The notes: generated from the letters alone by a model not told the origin. A stretch of 64,000 bases of DNA from an uncultured Candidatus Saccharibacteria bacterium (GCA_964613485.1 CAZTHB010000001.1:21064-85063); one strand, 5' to 3'; positions 1 to 10,122 are shown, counted from the stretch's first letter. A program made the numbers and translations.

Positions 1-700
1 TCATACCCATACTCAGACCCGCCGCTATAAGTCGATGGCGGCGCTGCTTGGCAGTAACAGCAAGCGCAACACACCAAACAATCGGCAAGATCAAATACGC
101 CCCAAGTTGATTTGGGCCGCCGAGCGTAGCGAACGATCGAGCCATGCTGGCGCCTGCAAACACGCCTTGATAAGGAGTGATGGTTGTACTCGAATAACCT
201 ACAGCCTGCAGCCAGGTTGTGGGCACGATAAGAAACTGCATGATGGCTAGCAACGCCACGATACTAGCGGGGACAATGACAAGGACCCGAAGTCTACGCC
301 AACGTATCTCCCCAGCAAACGGCTGTACAGCAACAAATAGCAGCAGTGGCAGAAACGTTGTTTTTATACCTGCAAGTGTTGCGATATCAAAGCGATCGGC
401 CAATAGCGCCCCCACCATCCCGAAGATTGCTATTACAAGTACCAGCCAATTCGCCGGCTTGTGCAGCCAACCCCAACCATCTCGCAAGCTCTTAAGTAAT
501 GCACAAGCTGTCAGCCCAAGAATCACAACCTCTTTCCAGCTAGCAAATAAGAGCTGAGACCCAAACGCAAAGCCAAGCACTACAACTACGAAGGCATGAA
601 ATGGCATCCCGACAAGCAACGTATATATCCCCCCTCGAGCAACTCGATTAATAAAAGCAGCTAAGGGTGATTCTGAAGTAGATTTTTTACGCTTTGACAT
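1..700 (-). CDS. Integral membrane protein, partial (frame stays open to the window start); polytopic, possibly O-antigen ligase/polymerase-like
   Basis: ATG at 700 on the minus strand, immediately after the mreB stop. Manual translation MSKRKKSTSESPLAAF... gives multiple hydrophobic helices and runs open to position 1. Not in the ORF track because the stop lies outside the window. Confidence 0.45.
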   Translation of the reverse strand, partial: MSKRKKSTSESPLAAFINRVARGGIYTLLVGMPFHAFVVVVLGFAFGSQLLFASWKEVVILGLTACALLKSLRDGWGWLHKPANWLVLVIAIFGMVGALLADRFDIATLAGIKTTFLPLLLFVAVQPFAGEIRWRRLRVLVIVPASIVALLAIMQFLIVPTTWLQAVGYSSTTITPYQGVFAGASMARSFATLGGPNQLGAYLILPIVWCVALAVTAKQRRHRLIAAGLSMGM

Positions 701-708
701 CTTTCGGC

Positions 709-1716
709 CTAGCGATTACTCATTACGCTACGGATATAGTCATCGAGATTCTCCAGCGCGATGCCGGTGCCGCGCGCCACTGCCAACATTGGTTCATCAG
801 CCACATACGCCGGCACACCTGTTACTTTCGTCATCAGCTTATCAATATTGCGCAGAAGCGAACCACCGCCGGTCATTACCATCCCGCGATCAATAATGTC
901 TGAGCTCAGTTCAGGAGGCGTTTGTTCAAGTACTGATTTAACTGCCGCAATGATGCCATCAAGCTCATCGCCCATCGCCTGCGTCACCTCATCGCTATCG
1001 AGCTTAATTGTCTTCGGCAAGCCCGCAATCATATCTCGACCACGTATCTGCATCGTGAGCGGCACCTCAAGTGGCAATGCTGAACCTATTTGTTTCTTAA
1101 TGTCTTCAGCCGTCTGATCACCTATTATCAAGCCATATTTACGACGGATATAGTCAGCGATTGCCATGTCGATCTTATTCCCACCAATCCGAACCGAGTT
1201 TTGTGCTACGATCCCACCTAGAGACAGAATCGCGACCTCAGTAGTGCCTCCGCCAATGTCGACGATCAGGTTCCCTGCCGGAGCAGCAATCGGTACACCA
1301 GCCCCAATCGCAGCAGCGACAGGTTCACGAATGATGTGGGCTTTCTTTGCTCCAGCAGCTAAGGCCGCATCAATAACCGCGCGTCGCTCTGTTGACGTTA
1401 CTCCTGCTGGCACCGAAATCATCAACTCAGGCCGCGCCAAACGAATCGTACCCGACACTTTATCAATAAAAAACTTCAACATCGCTTGCGTAATTCGATA
1501 GTCTGCTATAACGCCTTCGCGGAGTGGGCGGCTAGCAGTAATAATATCAGGGGTGCGCCCCAACATCTCTTTCGCCTCGTTACCAATCGCAACAATGCGG
1601 TTATCATCAACCGATACCGCCACCACACTAGGCTCGTTGGCAACTATTCCCTTTTTTGGAACGTACACCAAGACATTGGCGGTCCCCAAATCAATCGCAA
1701 TTCTCTTTCGATGCAT
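709..1716 (-). CDS. mreB: Rod shape-determining protein MreB (actin-like ATPase), paralog 1
   Basis: N-terminus IAIDLGTANVLVYV...NEPSVVAV and the actin-fold phosphate motifs DIGGGTTEV. 335 aa. Confidence 0.85.
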   Translation of the reverse strand: MHRKRIAIDLGTANVLVYVPKKGIVANEPSVVAVSVDDNRIVAIGNEAKEMLGRTPDIITASRPLREGVIADYRITQAMLKFFIDKVSGTIRLARPELMISVPAGVTSTERRAVIDAALAAGAKKAHIIREPVAAAIGAGVPIAAPAGNLIVDIGGGTTEVAILSLGGIVAQNSVRIGGNKIDMAIADYIRRKYGLIIGDQTAEDIKKQIGSALPLEVPLTMQIRGRDMIAGLPKTIKLDSDEVTQAMGDELDGIIAAVKSVLEQTPPELSSDIIDRGMVMTGGGSLLRNIDKLMTKVTGVPAYVADEPMLAVARGTGIALENLDDYIRSVMSNR

Positions 1717-1812
1717 ATGTACTATTGTACCTGATTTCTGGATTCACTACAGCTTCGCTACATTAGTGAGTATTTTCGCGATAATTGATTGTATAATAGG
1801 GAATAACACGCT

Positions 1813-3288
1813 ATGGCGATCTCTCAATCCACACGAAACTTTCTGACCTACTTATTTGGAACGGTCATTGTATTGTTTGGCACCATTTTGCTTGGCGCCT
1901 TAGCTACAGGCTGGCAATACGATTTTGCTACCGGTGAGCTGCGCGAAACTGGACTGATAATTATGAATAGTGAGCCGACAGGTGCAAGCATTTCATTAAA
2001 TGATTCCTTCATCAAAGATCAGACTCCTTATCGAGCAATCAATATGTTGCCAGGAGACTATACAGTAAAGTTTGAAAAAGCTGGACTGAGGCCATGGCTC
2101 AAGAAAACCACCGTCGAAGCGGAGCGTGTGAGTTTCGCTGACTATGCTTGGCTACTGCCCGAACAAATACCATCCCGTCTACGTTATCCTGATAATAAAA
2201 TAGTTGCCGCTGCCCAAAGTCGTGACCGTAAGCGCTTTGCATTTGTCGAACTCCTGACAAAAACTAATGCTGCCGGCGAGCCAAGTTCGACTATACCAGC
2301 TATTCTATACGCCAGTGACCTCACCCGTGAGCCTCAAATCCTGTATGCACCGACTCCAACTGACGAAAACACCACACAAGTCACTTCATTCGATACTCCT
2401 ACGCTCAACGCAGACGCCAGCTGGCTGCTGGTACGACAGACGACAAGCGACAATGCAGTAACATGGCTTGTTATGCCCACTAATCCAAATGATGTCAGCA
2501 CTCGCCTCATTAACCTCAACCAGTTACTTTCAAGCAACCCCAGCTGGGTGGGGTGGTCCGATACTGAGTCAAATGAACTCTTCCTTAACATCAATGGCGC
2601 GCTCAAACGCTTCACGCTCAATGACAAGCGACTCGGCAGCCCTATAGCCGACGGCGTCCAAGCAGCCAAGTGGGACAACAACCGACTCATGACCATAGAA
2701 GTGCTTGCTGACGGTCTGCGGTGGCTGCGCATTCGTACCAAGGATCAACTGGCAGAACCAGAAACAATCCATCAAGTCCCAACTAGCACCACCTATGCCA
2801 TGGAATTTTTCACACTACTTGGCAATGACTACGCTGCTGTTCTACCAGATAGTTCGAAGCAGTTGATCGTGACGCGCAATATTTTTGAAAACCCCAATGC
2901 ACGTATCACGAGTGTAAGCGGCAAAAATATCAGTAAATTCACCGTCAATGCCAGCGGACGCTACATCGTAATGAATGAGCAGGACAGGTTATTTACCATT
3001 GACCTAGAGCGGAATAAGCGCTATCGATACGGCACGAGCCTAGCCGGCTTAAGCGCGTGGGAGTGGATGAATGATCAACACCTTGCCGTAATTACAAAAA
3101 ACCAACTGCGACTGATCGATTATGACGGTCAAAATAACGAGCTTATAAGCAGTATTATGAATACTCAAACACCGATTCTTTTCTGGGAAAATAAGTCGCT
3201 ACTCGGCTTCGTGCAGCCTGGGGGCAATGAAGCCGCACGCCCTCGCCTGACGCACTTCTTCCTTACCCCAGATAAAATACTTGAATAA
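1813..3288 (+). CDS. Membrane-anchored PEGA-domain protein with a C-terminal repeat (beta-propeller-like) region
   Basis: N-terminal TM helix. PEGA-like segment EPTGASISLNDSFIKDQTPYRAINMLPGDYTVKFEKAGLRPW. The rest is W/N/T-rich repeats. Confidence 0.5.
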   Translation: MAISQSTRNFLTYLFGTVIVLFGTILLGALATGWQYDFATGELRETGLIIMNSEPTGASISLNDSFIKDQTPYRAINMLPGDYTVKFEKAGLRPWLKKTTVEAERVSFADYAWLLPEQIPSRLRYPDNKIVAAAQSRDRKRFAFVELLTKTNAAGEPSSTIPAILYASDLTREPQILYAPTPTDENTTQVTSFDTPTLNADASWLLVRQTTSDNAVTWLVMPTNPNDVSTRLINLNQLLSSNPSWVGWSDTESNELFLNINGALKRFTLNDKRLGSPIADGVQAAKWDNNRLMTIEVLADGLRWLRIRTKDQLAEPETIHQVPTSTTYAMEFFTLLGNDYAAVLPDSSKQLIVTRNIFENPNARITSVSGKNISKFTVNASGRYIVMNEQDRLFTIDLERNKRYRYGTSLAGLSAWEWMNDQHLAVITKNQLRLIDYDGQNNELISSIMNTQTPILFWENKSLLGFVQPGGNEAARPRLTHFFLTPDKILE

Positions 3289-3317
3289 AAAATGACTCCA
3301 CGTATGAAGTCATTTTC

Positions 3318-3405
3318 TGGTGCCAGAGGTGGGAATCGAACCCACACGCGACCAAGTCGCACACGATTTTGAGTCGTGCGTGTCTGCCAGTTCCACCACT
3401 CTGGC
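3318..3405 (-). tRNA. tRNA-Leu (anticodon CAA) with long variable arm, CCA encoded
   Basis: The reverse complement gives GCCAGAGTGGTGGAACTGGCAGAC...CTCAAAA anticodon loop...long variable arm...GGGTTCGATTCCCACCTCTGGCACCA. The acceptor stem GCCAGAG/CTCTGGC is complementary. Confidence 0.8.
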
Positions 3406-3494
3406 CAATATGTTATACTAGCCAATCGCTCACTATATAAGCCTTAGAGCTTATAGAAGGAGTGCTGATGTATTATAATATGATCTGAAGGTTT

Positions 3495-4763
3495 ATGCCA
3501 GACTCATCAAACCCAACCAACACCCCAAAGCCGCAGAAACCAGAGCCAACGCTAGAATTTACTGATCTTGTGACTTCGCAGGAACAGTCGGTTGAAGCTA
3601 CCCAGATAATTCCAACACCAGCCACTCCAGAACAAGTTGCATACACTGAACTAAGCACGCCTATCGAAAATACAGCGAGCCCCGAACCTGCGCCGCTCCA
3701 AGAAGCTGTACAACCAGAACCACAAATCAAGCACCCAGCACCCGCCGAACCCTCTCCGACTATGGTCGCCAATGTAGATGCGCGTCTTTTCAGAAACCCT
3801 CAAGCAGCAGCCATGACATCACATCTCGAAGAATTTGGCAAAATACCACAACTCGATCATGTTGCCACCGCCCCTGCCTTGCGGCCAAATCTTAACCCTG
3901 CATTCGATGTGTTCGCTCTCTACGGAATGAGCCTAGCACCCCAACGCACTGCGTCTACCCTGTTCGGCAAACTTGCCCTCACGATGCAACTAGACAAGAT
4001 ATTCTCTGCCCGAAATCGCCGCTACATCGGCGTAAGCTTGTTTAGCTTTGCTATTTTTCTATTGGTTTTTAATTTTCAAACAATTAGCGTGCAACTTGGC
4101 TATTTCCTCAATCCGCCACAACCAACAGCACCGGTTGCGAGCGAGACTCCCCCCGCATCAACTAATCCAGCATCGCTTGCAGATGCCGCTGAGTCAGCGC
4201 CACCCGGCAATATCATCTCTATCCCTAAGATTAAGGTTGAGAACGTACCAATTATCTTTGAACAATCGATCAGTGAACAAGCTATCCAGAAAGCTCTCGA
4301 AAATGGTGTCGTCCACTACGCCGGTACAGCTCTGCCAGGTGAACGTAGCAATATTGTGATTGTGGGCCATTCCTCAAATGACTGGTGGGAGCCTGGAAAT
4401 TATAAGTTTATCTTCGCACTCCTCGAGAAACTGACTGTCGGCGATCAGATACAAGTCAACTACAATCAGAAAAAATATGTCTTTGAGGTCGCTAGCTCAA
4501 AAGTCGTTGAGCCAACCGAGATATCGGTTCTACAGCCAACCTCAGAGCCACAGCTCACCTTGATCACCTGCACCCCACCAGGAACCAGCTGGAAGCGCCT
4601 CATTGTCACTGCCAAGCAAATCGCACCACTCCCGAACGCGGTATCCCAGCAGGCCACCAACCAGGAATCAACTGAAGCACCAAAACAAGTGGCACTACCG
4701 GGTAACGCCCCATCACTATTTGACCAGATCAAGAAATGGTTCGGTTGGAGTAACGAATCCTAA
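3495..4763 (+). CDS. Sortase-family transpeptidase with a long N-terminal Pro-rich region and TM anchor
   Basis: Catalytic signature HSSNDWWEPGNYKF...QLTLITCTPPGT (TLxTC motif), conserved His and Cys. Confidence 0.8.
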   Translation: MPDSSNPTNTPKPQKPEPTLEFTDLVTSQEQSVEATQIIPTPATPEQVAYTELSTPIENTASPEPAPLQEAVQPEPQIKHPAPAEPSPTMVANVDARLFRNPQAAAMTSHLEEFGKIPQLDHVATAPALRPNLNPAFDVFALYGMSLAPQRTASTLFGKLALTMQLDKIFSARNRRYIGVSLFSFAIFLLVFNFQTISVQLGYFLNPPQPTAPVASETPPASTNPASLADAAESAPPGNIISIPKIKVENVPIIFEQSISEQAIQKALENGVVHYAGTALPGERSNIVIVGHSSNDWWEPGNYKFIFALLEKLTVGDQIQVNYNQKKYVFEVASSKVVEPTEISVLQPTSEPQLTLITCTPPGTSWKRLIVTAKQIAPLPNAVSQQATNQESTEAPKQVALPGNAPSLFDQIKKWFGWSNES

Positions 4764-4789
4764 ACTATACATTGCCTGTTATTTGGGCG

Positions 4790-5629
4790 TTATACAGCAG
4801 CCGTCTCGATATACTGTCGCATAACACGTACGGCTTCGGCGGTAGCCATATCAGCTCTTACCTGCGACAAAAGACAAAGCGCGGCTCGAGCATGGGCACC
4901 AAAACCACCACGCACGCGATGATTATAAGTGAGTAGCGCGATAACACTCGTCAACCACACCCTCACTTGCGATCTACTCATGTTCGCATCACGAGGCACA
5001 TGTAATAGCTTTTTTTCATCTCGAAGGAAGATATATGCTCGCTCAGCATCATATGTACAAAGCACTGGCGACGCAAATGGCATGGCCAGCAATAAAGATG
5101 CTACATTATATATCCCCTTCCCAGGCTGAGTATGCACGGGTAAGCGCAGTTTATTCGCAAGTGATATGTACTCACTGACCGCAAGTACCGGCATTAACGA
5201 TTCGTGTTCACAAAGGGCTCGGTCGTGGATAAAAAGCGGTAACAACTCAGCGGTTACAAACCATGGCATGCTCGTCTGCCTCAATGCCTGCTCTATCATG
5301 AGCTGCTCTGCACTCCCGATATGCAAACCAAACCCAATTGCCAAAACATCGTATGCTAACAAAGATTGAAACGATTGAGATAGCGTATCAACCGATCCAC
5401 CTGGCACGATCTTAGTAACCCGCTCGGTCGAACAAAGTGATGCGGGCCAGCGCCACGCATCGATCAGCTCATGCCACATATTCAACTCTCCGAGCGAGCC
5501 TGGGTCGCCTGCGCCAATCAATAGCTTCGGTATCGACTGAGGCGAGAGATTGAGACTAAAAAAGTACGCCTGGTCAGGCTTCGAGGCGTCAATCAATTCA
5601 GCGCTAACAGATTCAGGAGTTGAGTACAC
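4790..5629 (-). CDS. Hypothetical protein (279 aa)
   Basis: Long ORF with coding-like composition. Contains the motif LLIGAGDPGSLGE, but I cannot assign a family with confidence. Confidence 0.5.
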   Translation of the reverse strand: MYSTPESVSAELIDASKPDQAYFFSLNLSPQSIPKLLIGAGDPGSLGELNMWHELIDAWRWPASLCSTERVTKIVPGGSVDTLSQSFQSLLAYDVLAIGFGLHIGSAEQLMIEQALRQTSMPWFVTAELLPLFIHDRALCEHESLMPVLAVSEYISLANKLRLPVHTQPGKGIYNVASLLLAMPFASPVLCTYDAERAYIFLRDEKKLLHVPRDANMSRSQVRVWLTSVIALLTYNHRVRGGFGAHARAALCLLSQVRADMATAEAVRVMRQYIETAAV

Positions 5630-6038
5630 GAAGATATACCCTCAACAGATCATCCGGGCATGCCTGCGCAAACCGTAGTCGTGCAGTGGCTGACATCACA
5701 GACAGGTGAGCCTTAAGATATGTCTCAAGCGCAGCGATAGTCTGCTCGTCGGACTTAAAATGCATATCTGAGCGAACACGCTGCACAACCTCATGCCACG
5801 TAAGTGACTTCGCGCCCTTCTGCGCCTGAATAGTCAAACCAAAACGCGAACCATAACGTCGCTTACGCATACCAGGCAATAAATAACCGATTTCAAATCG
5901 ATCCTCAAGCGCGAATAAGCGCATGATATTCTGATCAATCACACGAACGAGTTTTTGGGCTTTGCGATCACTCATATCGCGCAACTGATTTTTTATCAGA
6001 TAAGTTGTGTAGTCTCGTAACATGGCGAGATTATACAA
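5613..6038 (-). CDS. Hypothetical protein (141 aa), basic
   Basis: ORF co-oriented with and overlapping the upstream ORF by 17 nt. No recognisable motif. Confidence 0.4.
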   Translation of the reverse strand: MYNLAMLRDYTTYLIKNQLRDMSDRKAQKLVRVIDQNIMRLFALEDRFEIGYLLPGMRKRRYGSRFGLTIQAQKGAKSLTWHEVVQRVRSDMHFKSDEQTIAALETYLKAHLSVMSATARLRFAQACPDDLLRVYLRVLNS

Positions 6039-6041
6039 CTT

Positions 6042-6311
6042 TTAGAGCTCTGTGTCTAGTCTTTCCTCAGAGGAGCTGTCTGATTCAGTAGCAATATCGA
6101 CTGCTGGCTGCTCGGTGTCGAACCGGGCCTTGATCTTCTCTACCTTAAGTTGGGCTTTTTTGAGCTCAGTCTGGAGCTGGGCGGCTAATTTACTACCACG
6201 CTCAAAATGCTCAATCGCCTCATCGAGACCAATCTTATCACTTTCGAGCTGCTGCGTGATTGATTCTAGCTCGTCAAGCGAATCACGAAAGCTTGAGTTG
6301 GGTTTGTTCAT
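6042..6311 (-). CDS. xseB: Exodeoxyribonuclease VII small subunit
   Basis: SFRDSLDELESITQQLESDKIGLDEAIEHFERGSKLAAQLQTELKKAQLKVEKI is a typical XseB. Start set at the internal MNKPNSS. Confidence 0.75.
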   Translation of the reverse strand: MNKPNSSFRDSLDELESITQQLESDKIGLDEAIEHFERGSKLAAQLQTELKKAQLKVEKIKARFDTEQPAVDIATESDSSSEERLDTEL

Positions 6312-7515
6312 CTTCTGCCTCCTTGTCTGCATTAGTAGTCGTCGTGGCTGCACCCGGCTCAAGCGAGCGCAATCTCAACACACCTTTGGCCAATTGTACC
6401 ACTATCTGACGCTGCGGATTGACTTGAGTTGGGTCCATGAGGATATACTCGTCCTGTCGAGCGATGGCATACCCACGAGCCAGAAGACGCTGAGGATCAG
6501 CAGCATGAATCACCGTTTGCCCAACCATCAGCCTTTGACCATATCGCACTAGTGTCTGATCGATTGCACGTCCGATTCGATCTCGTAGCTGCTCAAGGGC
6601 CCGTTCGGCCCGCTCCTCTATGCGCTGAAAGAGCACACCGGTGCGTTGGATCATTAGTTCGGTACGCTCCAGCATTCGCTCCACTAATGCTGCTTGCTGC
6701 TGTACATGCTGGCCAAGCAGACGAATCACATCGTGTTGATCTGGAGTAAGTCGACGAGCAGCATCAGTCGGAGTCGCAGCCCGAACATCGGCGGCCAGCT
6801 CTGCGAGACTCACGTCATCTTCGTGACCGATACCAACAATCGTCGGGATAGTGCTGGCATACACTGCACGCACCACTCGCTCGTCATTAAATGCCTGTAG
6901 ATCTTCGAGGCTCCCCCCACCACGTATTATTACGACCGCATCTAGCTCAGGATAATCACGATTGAGCTGTGATAAGGCCGCAACTACATCGCCAGGCGCC
7001 TGTAGCCCCTGTACATGCACATGTATATGCTTTAACTCCATCAACGGCCAACGATCCTGAACGATGGTCAAGAAATCATTATATGCAGCCGCTTCACTTG
7101 ATGTAATAAGCCCTATTGCCGAAGGATAATCGGGCAGTATGCGCTTTCGCCCGGGTGCGAACAGGCCTTCAGCTTCAAACTGCGCCTTGAGTTTCTCAAA
7201 CGCACGTTTAACCGAGCCCTCACCCGCCAGCTCAACCGACCTAACAGTCAACGAAAACTTACCCCACTTCGTAAGATTTGGATTCGCCGTCACACGCACC
7301 AACATACCGTCCTCAATGATTGTATTGAGCTGATATTTGGTCATAAAACAACTTATCGTCGTCTCATCATCTTTAAGGTCAAAAAATATCCATTTCCCTT
7401 GGTTGACCTTAAAGCTACTAACTTCACCCTGCACAACTACCGCCGGATATGCATACGACAGGGTTTGATTTACAAACTCACGCAGCTCTGTGACGCTGAG
7501 GATTTCCCCCTCCAT
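6283..7515 (-). CDS. xseA: Exodeoxyribonuclease VII large subunit
   Basis: N-terminal OB-fold region LSVTELREFVNQTL...VVVQGEVS and IIRGGGSLEDLQAFNDE. Immediately upstream of xseB. Confidence 0.85.
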   Translation of the reverse strand: MEGEILSVTELREFVNQTLSYAYPAVVVQGEVSSFKVNQGKWIFFDLKDDETTISCFMTKYQLNTIIEDGMLVRVTANPNLTKWGKFSLTVRSVELAGEGSVKRAFEKLKAQFEAEGLFAPGRKRILPDYPSAIGLITSSEAAAYNDFLTIVQDRWPLMELKHIHVHVQGLQAPGDVVAALSQLNRDYPELDAVVIIRGGGSLEDLQAFNDERVVRAVYASTIPTIVGIGHEDDVSLAELAADVRAATPTDAARRLTPDQHDVIRLLGQHVQQQAALVERMLERTELMIQRTGVLFQRIEERAERALEQLRDRIGRAIDQTLVRYGQRLMVGQTVIHAADPQRLLARGYAIARQDEYILMDPTQVNPQRQIVVQLAKGVLRLRSLEPGAATTTTNADKEAEDEQTQLKLS

Positions 7516-7521
7516 ACTCGA

Positions 7522-8574
7522 CTAGGCCTCCTCTTCCTCGATCTCACGCTCCACTCGGTGTCGGTAAAAGTACAAACCAAATGGTATAAACAACCACATT
7601 GCTATCAGGCGATACAACGCCGTCACCGAGATACTCAGCTCCAACGGGTAACCGAGGGCCGTAAATACTCCCACCATTGCAGCCTCATATGCCCCCACGC
7701 CATTAGTGAAGATAGAAGCAATTGAAAACAACATGGCTAAGATATACGCGACACCCACTGCGCCGACATTCACTACCTTGCCGAATGCCAAGAAAATAAT
7801 TGTTAAACTCAGAAGCTCAACGCCGATTGTAAGTAAAGCATCAAGAAACGGCCTAACGGCCTTCTTCGGCTGCTCGCGAAACAACTCGATCAAATCGTGG
7901 TAGCCACCAACAAACCGCTCAATGTGTTCCTCCGTAAGTGGTGGTCGCTTGAGAAGTCGCAGTATCCAGTTTGCCGGACGCGTCAGCACATAAAGCGCCT
8001 TTACGAGTATTTGGTCATTCAGGGTCAACGCAAACAGCATGATGCCACCTATCAACAGAATGAGGCTTAAGACTAGAATGAACCGAGAGCTTACCGGCAG
8101 TACCGCATTAGTTGCCAGCAGTATAAGAAAACTCAGCGCCAAAACAAATACCATACTCACAAGCACGGCTATATACCAAAAAGCTTGTGCGAGAAGTGCT
8201 TGTCGATGAGTCACGCGTCGCTCAAACGCCTTCGTGAAATAGGTGAGACCCGATACACCTCCCGATGGAATGACCGTGTTTATGAAGTTCATACTCATCA
8301 CTGCTGGGAATAACTCTCGAAACGACAATTTTTTGCCATAAATAGTATAAAAATGCTGATAAAAACGAGTGTTGGACCAGTAATACGCGTAGCGCACGGG
8401 AATAATCAGTGCTAAGACAAATAAATTAACCTGCTTGAGCAGCTGTACCAACTCATGCAGATGCCCGGTATTACGGAGTAATAACACAATCAGTAAAACA
8501 ACAACCGCGAGGAAGAATATTTGCCGAAATTTCATGCTTCTTCCAGTGTACTCGTTTGTATCTGATCTGGCCAT
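7522..8574 (-). CDS. Flippase-like membrane protein (UPF0104 / lysyl-PG-synthase TM-domain family)
   Basis: Polytopic protein. NTVIPSGGVSGLTYFTKAFERR matches the conserved N.I.P.R.GGE..R motif of this family. Confidence 0.55.
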   Translation of the reverse strand: MARSDTNEYTGRSMKFRQIFFLAVVVLLIVLLLRNTGHLHELVQLLKQVNLFVLALIIPVRYAYYWSNTRFYQHFYTIYGKKLSFRELFPAVMSMNFINTVIPSGGVSGLTYFTKAFERRVTHRQALLAQAFWYIAVLVSMVFVLALSFLILLATNAVLPVSSRFILVLSLILLIGGIMLFALTLNDQILVKALYVLTRPANWILRLLKRPPLTEEHIERFVGGYHDLIELFREQPKKAVRPFLDALLTIGVELLSLTIIFLAFGKVVNVGAVGVAYILAMLFSIASIFTNGVGAYEAAMVGVFTALGYPLELSISVTALYRLIAMWLFIPFGLYFYRHRVEREIEEEEA

Positions 8575-8624
8575 TGTCTTAAGCTAGTCTTTCGAGCCAA
8601 ACAAGCGTATACTGAGTTGTCGCT

Positions 8625-9779
8625 ATGAAAAAGCAATGGTTTAGTATCCTGGGTCGCGAGCGAGCTTTAGCTTTCGCAGAACTCGCAGCCGTACTGCCAC
8701 CCGATGAAGCTCCCGCTCTTGAGCAACACGGGGGTATTGCTATTGGTACAGGATCCGGGCCGGCATGGAGCACGATCGGCGGATCTCAACGAGCCGGCGA
8801 AGTGCTTGGTACTCTCGATGAGCTCTCAGCGCCAGCGGTTATTGCCTTAATGCAAGATTACTTGCCAGAATCAGGCAAAATCACTCTGGGCTTAAGCATT
8901 TATGGCGCTTCACCCAAAAAATATAAGCACACCTGGATCGACCTCAAAAACTCACTACGTAAGAGCGGCCGATCGGCTCGCATCGTAACGGCCTCGACGG
9001 GTACTGCACTGAACGCCGCACAAGTACTTCACAATTATTTAACCGGCGGGCATCAATCCGAGATCGTAATCTGGGAACGCGGCCATCGTTGGTGGGTCGG
9101 ACGGACGACTTGGGTACAAGATATTGATGCCTACACACACCGCGATCGCAACCGACCGGCCCGTGATGCACGTGTCGGCATGCTGCCACCTAAACTTGCG
9201 CAGATTATGATTAATCTCGCCACCACAAACCGCTCAAAGCTCATCTACGATCCTTTCTGCGGTACCGGCGTCGTCTTGATGGAAGCCGGTCGTATGGGAC
9301 ACCCTGTCGGTGGCAGCGATCTCTCTGAGCGCATGGTTGTTGCGACACAGACCAACCTCACCTGGACAAAGCAAGATGGTATCGACCTCGATACACTACC
9401 CGTGACACAGCAAGATGCTCAAACCGTCGAGCTTCCCTCTACGCCACTTCACATCGTTGCTGAGGGCTATCTTGGTCAACCATTTAATGCTGTCGCCACC
9501 CGTTCTCAGATCGAGGCAGAATGTGCTTCGCTCAACGAACTCTATACGACCATACTGACACACTTTCATAAACAAACCCAAATTCAATCTATCGTTTTAG
9601 CATTACCATATTGGCACATACAAGGACGTGATTTTCATCTTCCGCTCCTTGACTCGATCCATAAAATAGGCTATACTTTTGACCAGTTTGCACCAACTAG
9701 CGTCGATTGGCTCACCTATCGTCGCACAGAACAGCAGGTTGGACGCATGATAGTTAGACTGATCAAAAAGGAGCAATAA
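8625..9779 (+). CDS. Putative SAM-dependent RNA methyltransferase (Trm11/RlmL-like)
   Basis: SAM-binding motif I YDPFCGTGVVLMEAG. Family assignment is tentative. Confidence 0.45.
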   Translation: MKKQWFSILGRERALAFAELAAVLPPDEAPALEQHGGIAIGTGSGPAWSTIGGSQRAGEVLGTLDELSAPAVIALMQDYLPESGKITLGLSIYGASPKKYKHTWIDLKNSLRKSGRSARIVTASTGTALNAAQVLHNYLTGGHQSEIVIWERGHRWWVGRTTWVQDIDAYTHRDRNRPARDARVGMLPPKLAQIMINLATTNRSKLIYDPFCGTGVVLMEAGRMGHPVGGSDLSERMVVATQTNLTWTKQDGIDLDTLPVTQQDAQTVELPSTPLHIVAEGYLGQPFNAVATRSQIEAECASLNELYTTILTHFHKQTQIQSIVLALPYWHIQGRDFHLPLLDSIHKIGYTFDQFAPTSVDWLTYRRTEQQVGRMIVRLIKKEQ

Positions 9780-9781
9780 GC

Positions 9782-10063
9782 ATGTCAAAGACGAAAGCTG
9801 GAGGGTCTACTAAGAACGGTCGCGATTCACGCGGCAAGCGCCTTGGCGTAAAGCTATACGGTGGCCAGGTAGCAAATCCTGGAGATATCATTATTCGTCA
9901 ACGCGGAGAAACATACGTAGCCGGTGAAAATACTTTTCAAGCAACCGACTACACCATTCACGCAGCCGCTGAAGGACGAGTAGCCTACAAGCAAATCAAC
10001 AAGCGTCGATTCACGGGCGCGCCACTGCGCAAAACCGTCGTCACCATCGACACCTCAGCGTAA
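9782..10063 (+). CDS. rpmA: 50S ribosomal protein L27
   Basis: GGSTKNGRDSRGKRLGVK...GDIIIRQRG is the L27 signature. Confidence 0.9.
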   Translation: MSKTKAGGSTKNGRDSRGKRLGVKLYGGQVANPGDIIIRQRGETYVAGENTFQATDYTIHAAAEGRVAYKQINKRRFTGAPLRKTVVTIDTSA

Positions 10064-10080
10064 ATCCAGCGATACACTAA

Positions 10081-10108
10081 AAAATCCTCCATATCAGAGG
10101 ATTTTTTA
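10081..10108. terminator. Rho-independent terminator (bidirectional) between convergent rpmA and the response-regulator gene
   Basis: aaaatcctcc-atatc-agaggatttttt: perfect stem with flanking A/T tracts on both strands. Confidence 0.7.
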
Positions 10109-10122
10109 GTTGAGCGGATACT

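Noticed and set aside
3406-3494. Possible promoter hexamers for the sortase gene (TTATAG-17-TATAAT) and for tRNA-Leu in the shared spacer
   Set aside because: The -35 matches are weak (3/6), so they are not listed as features.
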